From: Tubulanus polymorphus
Taxonomy: Eukaryota; Animalia; Nemertea
NCBI RefSeq assembly: GCF_964204645.1
Contig: NC_134029.1
Span: 20,516,950 to 20,580,949, forward strand
DNA length: 64,000 bases
Direction: 5' to 3'
The translations under genes and the position numbers were made by a program. Of the stretch, positions 54,075 to 64,000 are shown piece by piece. Each line of letters opens with the position of its first letter. Within the stretch, counting starts at the first letter, position 1. A model generated the notes under the pieces. It saw only the letters and a list, made by a program, of their open reading frames with translations, was not told the origin of the DNA and did not search any database.

Positions 54075-55810
54075 TTTTACCGGCCGGTACGGGTATAGGC
54101 TACAGGCTACTGTTGTTCTGTTTGTGATGGTTTTACCGGCCGGTACGGGTATAGGCTACAGGCTACTGTTGTTCTGTTTGTGATGGTTTTACCGGCCGGT
54201 ACGGGTATAGGCTACATGCTACTGTTGTTCTGTTTGTGATGGTTTTACCGGCCGGTACGGGTATAAACTGCATGCTACTGTTGTTCTGTTTGTGATGGTT
54301 TTACCGGCCGGTACGGGTATAGGCTACAGGCTACTGTTGTTCTGTTTGTGATGGTTTTACCGGCCGGTACGGGTATAAACTACATGCTACTGTTGTTCTG
54401 TTTGTGATGGTTTTACCGGCCGGTACGGGTATAGGCTACATGCTACTGTTGTTCTGTTTGTGATGGTTTTACCGGCCGGTACGGGTATGAACTACATGCT
54501 ACTGTTGTTCTGTTTGTAATGGTTTTACCGGCCGGTACGGGTATAGGCTTCAGGCTACTGTTGTTCTGTTTGTGATGGTTTTACCGGCCGGTACGGGTAT
54601 GAACTACATGCTACTGTTGTTCTGTTTGTGACGGTTTTACCGGCCGGTACGGGTATGAACTACATGCTACTGTTGTTCTGTTTGTAATGGTTTTACCGGC
54701 CGGTACGGGTATAGGCTTCAGGCTACTGTTGTTCTGTTTGTGACGGTTTTACCGGCCGGTACGGGTATGAACTACATGCTACTGTTGTTCTGTTTGTAAT
54801 GGTTTTACCGGCCGGTACTGGTATAGGCTACATGCTACTGTTGTTCTGTTTGTGACGGTTTTACCGGCCGGTACGGGTATGAACTACATGCTACTGTTGT
54901 TCTGTTTGTGACGGTTTTACCGGCCGGTACGGGTATGAACTACATGCTACTGTTGTTCTGTTTGTGATGGTTTTACCGGCCGGTACGGGTATGAACTACA
55001 TGCTACTGTTGTTCTGTTTGTGATGGTTTTACCGGCCGGTACGGGTATGAACTACATGCTACTGTTGTTCTGTTTGTAATGGTTTTACCGGCCGGTACGG
55101 GTATAGGCTACAGTCTACTGTTGTTCTGTTTGTGATGGTTTTACCGGCCGGTACGGGTATAGGCTACAGGCTACTGTTGTTCTGTTTGTGATGGTTTTAC
55201 CGGCCGGTACGGGTATAAACTGCATGCTACTGTTGTTCTGTTTGTGATGGTTTTACCGGCCGGTACGGGTATAAACTGCATGCTACTGTTGTTCTGTTTG
55301 TGACGGTTTTACCGGCTGGTACGGGTATAAACTGCATGCTACTGTTGTTCTGTTTGTGATGGTTTTACCGGCCGGTACGGGTATAAACTGCATGCTACTG
55401 TTGTTCTGTTTGTGATGGTTTTACCGGCCGGTACGGGTATAAACTACATGCTACTGTTGTTCTGTTTGTGATGGTTTTACCGGCCAGTACGGGTATAGGC
55501 TACATGCTACTGTTGTTCTGTTTGTGATGGTTTTACCGGCCGGTACGGGTATGAACTACATGCTACTGTTGTTCTGTTTGTAATGGTTTTACCGGCCGGT
55601 ACGGGTATAGGCTACAGGCTACTGTTGTTCTGTTTGTGATGGTTTTACCGGCCGGTACGGGTATAAACTGCATGCTACTGTTGTTCTGTTTGTGATGGTT
55701 TTACCGGCCGGTACGGGTATAAACTGCATGCTACTGTTGTTCTGTTTGTGATGGTTTTACCGGCCGGTACGGGTATAAACTGCATGCTACTGTTGTTCTG
55801 TTTGTGATGG
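54075..55810. repeat. 56-bp tandem satellite, ~31 copies
   Basis: Unit TTTTACCGGCCGGTACGGGTAT[AGGCTACAG/AAACTGCAT/GAACTACAT]GCTACTGTTGTTCTGTTTGTGATGG, with starts at 54075, 54131 and onward. Confidence 0.97.
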
Positions 55811-56632
55811 TATATCACATATCCTTAATAACATCTCATAAAGCTGTAATGTCAGTTTTTCTAGTAGAAAAGCCTCCATAGGTGATTTAAACCCACTATG
55901 TACAAATATACATATATATATATATATTATTCATCAACAATCATTATCAAAATAGGTAAATGAATGAATAACTAGAACAAAACGCACAAAATAACAAAAT
56001 CTCTCAACCTTAGCACAAAATAACCAACTCTTACTCTCTAGACTTTCTCAATTAGCTTGTTCTTCGCTCTATATTTTCCCAGTGTTCTAGTTATTTTTTC
56101 GACGCCTGATGATGATCTCTAGAGATTCTCCAAAACGTCGTGTAGTTTGATTTAATTCTTTTAATTTAAAGTGGGTTTTAATCTTATTTAATTTCTCATG
56201 AAAATCGAAATTGAAAATTGATTATCCGCTTTCTGAGATTGATCAAGAGCATAAAGATACTCGAGTTTGTATTTTGAACCCCAGAATCTGTGTATGCATG
56301 TATCAACTTGTATATTATCATTGTAAATGGACTTATTTTGTATGATGTGTCCCACAATAAAAAACCAAAAAGTTGAAATCATTTCAACTGAGAATTTTTT
56401 ATTATGGGACTTTATTCTGTATTGAATTGTTTTATTGTTTTATTTGAAATAAAAATCTTTTTTTCTGTGTTGTTCTAGTTATGATTACAGACGCCAGCAG
56501 TTTCACAGACTCTGCTGCGTCACATCCAATCCGTTCAGTTTCACACACAAACACACACACATAATTCAACGTGTTTTCTATTGAAGAAAAAAGTTGAAAT
56601 TTGATTAATTAAATGTTTGTGAAACTGATTCA

Positions 56633-56750
56633 GGCACCAGTTGCACAGTCCACCCTCATGAACTGTCTTGAGATTTATTTAAGATTGGTTATAGAACCAA
56701 GACCTAGTCTTAGGCTGGTCTTAACCTTATAACGCCATGCAACTGGTCCC
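56633..56750. mobile_element. Short MITE (GG.CCAGTTGCA termini); related left end at ~13376
   Basis: GGCACCAGTTGCACAGTC ... ATGCAACTGGTCCC. CCAGTTGCACAGTC also occurs in the LRR intron. Confidence 0.55.
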
Positions 56751-56829
56751 AGGGATTAAATACTGTTTACTATGCGAGGGTTTTATTGATTCTTGCCCTG
56801 CGGTATGCGAGGGTTAATAATCTGTTCTA

Positions 56830-57585
56830 AGAAATCCTAGTGTTGGCCTACTTAATAAACGAAGAAATCCTAGTGCTGGCCTGCTTAATAAACGCAGAAA
56901 CCCTAGTGCTGGCCTGCTTAATAAACGCAGAAATCCTGGTGCTGGCCTGCTTAATAAACGCAGAAATCCTAGTGCTGGCCTGCTTAATAAACGCAAAAAT
57001 CCTAGTGTTGGCCTGCTTAATAAACGCAGAAATCCTAGTGTTGGCCTGCTTGATAAACGCAGAAATCCTAGTGCTGGCCTGCTTGATAAACGCAGAAATC
57101 CTAGTGCTGGCCTGCTTGACAAACGCAGAAATCCTAGTGCTGGCCTGCTTAATAAACGCAGAAATCCTAGTGTTGGCCTGCTTAATTAACGCAGAAATCC
57201 TAGTGTTGGCCTGCTTAATTAACGCAGAAATCCTAGTGCTGGCCTGCTTAATAAACGCAGAAATCCTAGTGCTGGCCTGCTTAATAAACGCAGAAATCCT
57301 AGTGCTGGCCTGCTTAATAAACGCAGAAATCCTAGTGTTGGCCTGCTTAATAAACGCAGAAATCCTAGTGTTGGCCTGCTTAATAAACGCAGAAATCTTA
57401 GTGTTGGCCTGCTTAATAAACGCAGAAATCCTAGTGTTGGCCTGCTTAATAAACGCAGAAATCCTAGTGTTGGCCTGCTTAATAAACGCAGAAATCCTAG
57501 TGTTGGCCTGCTTAATAAACGCAGAAATCCTAGTGTTGGCCTGCTTAATAAACGCAGAAATCCTAGTGCTGGCCTGCTTTAATAT
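56830..57585. repeat. 33-bp tandem repeat, ~23 copies
   Basis: Unit AGAAATCCTAGTG(C/T)TGGCCTGCTTAATAAACGC. Confidence 0.97.
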
Positions 57586-58355
57586 ACGCAGTTACCCTTG
57601 TGTTGGCCTAGTGATGAAAGCAGTTACCCAAATATTGGCCTAGTGAATAGACGCAGTCACCCTAGACTTGTCGCCTGACCACCCGCATTCACAGTCAGGA
57701 ATACCTGAGACCGGCAACCAGTCTACAGTCACCCTTTATATCAGCTCCAGTCCTCATTTCTTGGAATTGTAATTGACCCGTCCATGCTGCTGTCTCGCCT
57801 TGCGTGAGGTAAGGATCTTGCTTACCAATGGATCGATGATGTCTACAGTTTCAGTGTTTTTATGTTCTTGTTTTGCAATGGCATTTTAATGATTTTGTGG
57901 CTTCATGTTAAGCGCGATGATTACTAGTAGCGGTAAAACTATTTAGTTTTTATCATTATCGATTGATTTATTCACTTATTTCTAGCAAAATATCTATCAT
58001 CTAATTCATTATCGACTGATTCGTTTTGTTAACGCAAAGCCGCGTACGAGCCGAAGTGTTTTGAACTTGAAAGGCGTGGGTGACTTTAGATGACCAGCCT
58101 TTGCTTCAGAAAAAAAAAACATGTTATTACATAATAATATTTACAATGGCAGGCTTGAAGTTTAATTTCACCAACTGATTGCGCGTACTACAGTCAACAA
58201 GGGCCACTTAGATTACACACGGAACTGGGCCACTGATAAACTGACTGCGATGGAAATCCCGTGCACATTCTCGGAATACTTATGTTTTCGAAAACAACAT
58301 CCGTAAAACGATTCTCTGGAGGGGCTCGCTGTATCATTCTGAAACACGAGACACC

Positions 58356-59642
58356 ATGAACACAGTTATTCAGATTGTCGTGTTGGTCGCAGGATTATGT
58401 AATCAGGTATAGATAAGAGATTGAATTGTACATATTTGACACCCATATCTTGGCGAAATTGAAACGCAATTCCATGACAGAACAGTACCTTAAGTTATAG
58501 ATTCTAGGCCTACTGAAACGGCATTGTATTAGATTTCCTTCGTTGCATTTCTAAAGGATCAGATGTTTATCGGTTTCGCACTGTTTTAAAGGGTGAATGA
58601 AATATCTAGTCACATTTTTTCAGTATTTCGTGAAGGGTTCTGTTCGCAGCTACCGGGAGATCTCGGTACCCGATTCCGTGAATTCAGATGAAGTAACAAT
58701 TTTACATGATTTAGAATTGGTATGTTCTAGTTTGATCGGATGAAACATCATATCACATATTTCTTCATCGGCGTCCATCGACGTTGTTAACATATATTAT
58801 CATTTATCTAGGGATATACAGCCTACAGAGATAGGACAATCGGAGTATGTTTCATTTCACGTATTATACCGTCAGTTTTCCGGTCTAACTCCAAGTCGTT
58901 GACGTTCAAATATTATCTTGATTCAGACGTAAGTAAACAGGATGTACATAAAAATAGACACTTTCTCGCGTGCATATTCATATATTCGCAGTTTTGGACC
59001 TTTAAAAGCATAACTACCGGGTATTCAGTAATGAAATCTCAATCATAATCTTTTGCTTCGGCGTCGCATATATATATATAAGATATGACTCTACGAGTTG
59101 AATTGAAAAAGCTAAAGAGCTTAACCACGAATTGTGGTGCACCGTATCCTAGTGTTGTCATTGTCATTTGATAATCTTTCGTACAACAAACTATCATTTT
59201 TCAGACTTTGCCTCAAACACCTGATATAATGCTGAAAGCTACTGGAATTTTGAATGATTTGACCAGTTTTGGAAGTCGTATAACCAAACACTGTAAAGAT
59301 TTGCCGGTCCTGATGACTGAACCCGGGAACGCTCGGCGAACCCCCGTCGTTCTACCACGACGAAAGAAACGAGCCTGGGCATCGAGTACTTCAGTCTCTG
59401 TCACATCTGATGGAAATGTTATTTCATGTTCGGACGAACAGACGGGCGAAAGCGTGTCAACATTCTGCTCGACAAACACGACGGACACAAGGCATGGAAG
59501 CAGACGCGGACGTGGTCGGGGTCGGAGTGGGCGTAGAGGTCACGGTAGAGGGGCAAATAGATCAGAAGAAAGAAGAACCGATGCCGGGTCGGACTGGGAA
59601 AGGGAGAAAGAGCAATCGTGGTGGGATTGGCTGACTTCGTAA
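58356..59642 (+). CDS. Secreted BRICHOS-domain precursor protein, ~233 aa, 4 exons (58356-58406, 58624-58719, 58812-58928, 59205-59642)
   Basis: Three phase-0 GT-AG introns give one continuous ORF. It has a hydrophobic leader MNTVIQIVVLVAGLC and the BRICHOS signature VTILHDLELGYTAYRDRTIGVCFISRI ... DLTSFGSRITKHCKDLPV (conserved Asp and two Cys). A furin site RRKKR precedes an 89-aa C-terminal peptide. AATAAA at 59710. Confidence 0.8.
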
Positions 59643-60193
59643 AAACTGACCACTGCCACTATATATACATCGTTGAACTATAGTTTTTTAGTGACTAAAA
59701 TTGAGCTCTAATAAAAAATCATTAGTTGTCATTTAATCTAGAACCGGATTAAATACTCTAGAATCGCTTTCATAATTGACTGTAACAAATTACTATTTTT
59801 TCACGACGGGGTCGCGGTCACCGCAGCGGGTCGGCGTGAGTATAATTGCGATCCCGGTCGGTCCACCGGGCCGAGACTGTCTTTCATTGTATACTCGTCG
59901 TTCAGGCTGCATGATCAAAATTTCTTACATCATATAACTATGTAATCATACATGATCATAGTTGGCTATATCGAGTCCAGTCTTGTCAGTCTTCGAGAAC
60001 CGAGTAACCCGAAGGCCGGCCGAAGACCATCAAAACAAAAACCCGGATCCAAAACCGTGAGCCGGAATTTACGGACAACTAATCGAAATTGCGCAATGAC
60101 AACGGGATTCCGTGAAGTCATTCGGCATTTGACAGTGGAAACCCCGTTTTTTTCAACAAATTAAAAACACAATTTGAGGTCATTAATCATGTT

Positions 60194-61911
60194 ATGATGG
60201 CGATAATTTTTCGTATTCGATATTTCATATATATCTATTGGATTGCAATAAGAGAAATCTTCAAAGGAATCTTTCATAAAGACAGAAATATTTACGATGT
60301 AGGCCTAGGTGAGTATAAAAAGAAAAGTGAAATGCACTTTATTCAACAATTCTGAGTAGTTCAGCTACAACTGGATTCAGCTTAATGATCGGGTATTTCC
60401 TCAAAATAGATTCATTTCCCGATTAAAAAAAGGTTAATGACCGAAACACTTAACTGTATGTAAACACGTATCTATTATTTTTAAGATTCACAGAAGTTCG
60501 ATGTAGGAAAGCAGGAGTCGAGATGTGTTGCTATTGTCACAGGTGGTTCAAAAGGTATCGGTTATGAAGTTTGCCTTCAACTTTCATTCAGAGAAAATTA
60601 CCACGTCATTATAGGTAAGTATACTGAGTCGTCAGTCAACATCTTCTAGATTCAATATTCCCCTCATTTTTACATTCCTATAAATTTACTCTCGATTTCA
60701 GCCTCGCATTGCGATGAAGAAGGAGAAGCAGCAGTGAAAAATATCAAGAATATAAATCCACAATCATCAGGTTACTATTCTGAATTAGTTTGATGATTCG
60801 GTTTCCGGTAGAAAAAATAGACACAAAATTTTGTGTTTGATTTCAGTTGAATTCCAGAGTTTGGATTTAGCCGACTTTGATTCCGTCAATGACTTCGTTC
60901 GCAGATTTAAACGAAGAAAAATCGGTTTGAATTTGCTCGTCAACAATGGTAAGCATTGTTATATCATATTAAGATTTATTTCTTTTAAAACGTCGGTAAA
61001 TCTCTGTGCTTATACAGACTGAATTTGGTTAATTTCAGCTGGTATTATGATTCCGAAATACGGCGTTACGAAGCAAGGTTTCGAGTCACAATTCGGTGTG
61101 AATTATCTCGGGCATTTCTTGTTGACCCAACTATTGTTGGATTGTTTGAAAACGTCGGCTAGTGACCAGTTTCAGTCGAGAATTGTAAATGTGTCTTCGG
61201 TGGTCCACGAAATGGGTTACATCAACTTTGAAGACCTTCAAGCCAGGTGTGTGCCGGCACGATGCTGCACAAAAATGTAAACATGTAATGGGGTACCAGC
61301 AACGAAACATTGGTTAATTTCTAGTGAAGATCTGTTCATTTTCGATGAAATTTGAACTGGGTTTTTAGACTGCCAAATCCAAAAATTATCCAAATCCTAG
61401 GAGAGATATAAGATCCACTGTCATTGAGGAATGTCTCATGAGAAAAGTTGATTCAAATTTAATCGAAATGTAGATGGAATTGAAGCGCGGTGACCCAGTT
61501 ACGACTAGTGAGCCTGGCATGGAATCCTTGCTTGCTACAGTATCTTTGCTGGTAGCCCATTCATCATTGATTTTTCCTCATTCCACATTGTATGGTAGAG
61601 TTCTACTTTCAACTATTCAACTTTAGATTAACCTAGAATTGCAGAATTGAATTTTGTCGAGCGCAAGAATGAATCGGTTGTAAAATCTAATACGCGTCGG
61701 TTTAATACTTTTCAGACGTTCTTATTCCGCTCACTTCAGTTATTCGCAATCGAAGATAGCGTTAATACTTTACACATACGAGTTACAGAGACGACTTGAA
61801 AACTGTAACGTTGTAGTGAACTGCGTAAATCCAGGCGTTGTCTACACCAGTTTATATCAGCACGCTTGGGCTTATAAACTCATGCAATTCATCGGCAGAT
61901 ATTTTATGTTG
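60194..61911 (+). CDS. DHRSX: Short-chain dehydrogenase/reductase DHRSX-like, partial; exons 60194-60308, 60486-60614, 60702-60770, 60847-60948, 61039-61246, 61716-61911
   Basis: [12 protein letters not shown] (Rossmann fold), [46 protein letters not shown], catalytic YSQSK and [13 protein letters not shown]. The overall pattern resembles DHRSX more than RDH11/12. Remaining 3' exons were not found in the window. Confidence 0.8.
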
Positions 61912-64000
61912 GTAAGTTTGTTCGAAGAAACGGTATGTGTAATATTCTTCCAGGTCCCATTCAACAGTTACTGGTTTAAGTTGATTCTTATCAAAGCATT
62001 GGGATAAGGCAATTTACGACGAGTCAAATCCAAACCGAAAGAACCAGCACTCGGTATAAATGTTTCTCCCATGTGGATGAAATCATAATCACATATAATT
62101 TCTAACTCAAAACAAGAAAATTATTATCAGTTAAGAATCAGTTATCGCAAACAGATTTCTGGTCTTGACATCTATTGATTTAATTCTAACTATCGTTTTA
62201 GGTTTTACTCAATTCGCTATAAATTGAGTTTACCCCTTGGTTCTGAAGTTGTAAGTGATCTTTGATTAGGAACCAGTTTTATCTGATGTTTTTACGTTAA
62301 TTTTCCAGACTCCAAAGGAGGGAAGCGCAACGATACTTTACGCGGCATTGTCTCCTGAATGTAGCAGCCGATCTTGTTCTTACTATGACAACTGTACTCG
62401 AGTACCTTCATCACCGTTGACCTATGACATTCATTTACAGAATGAGTTGTGGTACCTGAGCCACCATTTAACTCAACTTCATCCAATGGACAAATCATAA
62501 TGTTTGAGATTTTAGATTTTATACAAGTATTCTTTGTTGTTAATAAAATATATATTAAATTCATCTTTATGCATAGGTCCTTGTTTTTTGTGTGGAAATT
62601 AACAAATCATCACGATAGGCTTCATTTATTAATTACCGGGTATGTAAATTTCTTCAGATTTCAACCACAACCTCAACAAATTTTACGGGCTTCTTTTTCC
62701 AAGGACAATGTAAACAATTGATCGAACTCCTAAATCATGGAATCTATTCAAACAGGATTCGTTTCTTATAGCTCAAATGCAGCCCGATTTGGAAGATGTG
62801 TAAATGTGTGGTTTATAAAGCATATTAATTGGCAGAAAATGTTTCTTTTCAAATCATTAGAATTAACATTTTTGTGGTTTTTTATTTTCTGTGAAAATCG
62901 CGTCAAAATACCCACATTGTAGTTTGCATTCTTCTACAATGATATAGACTGCATTTAATCTTTAAGGTAACCTGTATGTAGGTTGAATGAATTGAATGAA
63001 TAACACATCGTGAAAATTGTTGTGAATAAATTATGTGTATTTTCAATTGTAACGTCATGATTCTTATACAAAATATATAACAAGTGTTTAGGGTATTCTA
63101 AAACAACTGGGACGAACCTATAGTTAAACTGACTGTAATTATAAATATCTCTTGAGCAGAAAAACTATTAAGGCAGCACAGGATAAGTTTTATAATCTAA
63201 CCTAATCATGGTTTGTAGCAGTAACGCTTGTTAAGTCAGCACTTTTGGTGCGGAAAAAGTATCACTTTTCTCAGTGAATTGTGCCCGTGATAGACATAGG
63301 AACTGCTCTCATGATTTGTCAAACCAAAACAATAACCTCTGGACAAATCACCTATGTCATTCATTCACTAGGACATGTGTTAATTGCCCGGCCGAGCTGA
63401 ACAAATTTTTTCCCAAAAAGTAGCACTAAGTTTACTCGCTACAAACTATGCTAATTTGGCACCCTACATAGGTGCAGAAATACTGTGAAAAACAATAGCT
63501 GTTTTACACAGTTCAGATCATTAGTGATATTCAGCAGTAAATACATAGTATTCAAAACTGCTATAGACCAGTCAGTCTCGCAGTCTGCCAAATTAAGAAG
63601 TCAAAGTTTATAGGTGACACCTAAAATGTGTTAAAATGTGCCATACATGATGCCAGATTTTTTTCTAATAATTTAGAATGTGACCAAAAAGTCGAGATAT
63701 AGAACGTTACAAAAATCTATCTGCCAAGAAATGTCTTTTATAAACGCTTCGAAGATCTTTAAAATGACCTTTTCTCGCACATGGCACATAGTCTGCCAAA
63801 CCGGAGCTTTGAGTCGTATTATGACATAGATACGTGAAATGACGATCATATTTGACTAAGGAGCTTAAAAACTTTTTCACGATCAACTGCTGATAATCAC
63901 CACCTATCGCTCCAAACCGGACGCCGATCGACCCGCGGTTTCGCGCTGACGGGCCTCCGACTCCGGGCGCTGCTCACGTTACTGTTAATGCTACAAACGC

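Noticed and set aside
54075-55810. CRISPR-like array (palindromic repeat plus variable segment)
   Set aside because: The variable part is only ~9 nt and recurs among a few variants, so there are no unique spacers. No cas genes, and the context is eukaryotic.
56840-57643. 267-aa ORF of repeated INAEILVLACL
   Set aside because: The frame is open only because the unit is 33 bp. It has a non-ATG start and no gene context.
62292-62790. Minus-strand exon-like segments nested in the DHRSX intron
   Set aside because: An acceptor (~62422) and a donor (~62637) are visible, but no phase gives a continuous frame and I recognise no protein.

Overview
This is a compact, intron-rich animal genomic window, probably a marine lophotrochozoan invertebrate (taxon inferred, not proven). 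It is not prokaryotic. 1-24 kb is gene-dense: an orphan 228-aa gene (+), ALG11 (-), an LRR-only protein (+), AF9/ENL YEATS protein (-) and Nup54 (-), with many MITEs and a Helentron-like element in introns. About 24.3-53.5 kb is a ~29-kb tandem macrosatellite of five 4-7 kb units, alternating long and short. The units are built from a plus-strand multi-exon cassette with intact GT-AG splice sites but dead reading frames. They also carry ~150-bp reverse-complementary intronic arms, G-rich tracts, a stem-loop minisatellite, a 50-bp minisatellite and long (CTG)n tracts. 53.7-57.6 kb holds MITEs plus 56-bp and 33-bp tandem repeats. 58.4-59.6 kb holds a 4-exon secreted BRICHOS-domain precursor with a furin site, mostly missed by the ORF track. 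60.2 kb onward is a DHRSX-like short-chain dehydrogenase whose 3' part is not resolved. All calls come from manual reading of the sequence; no database searches were run.
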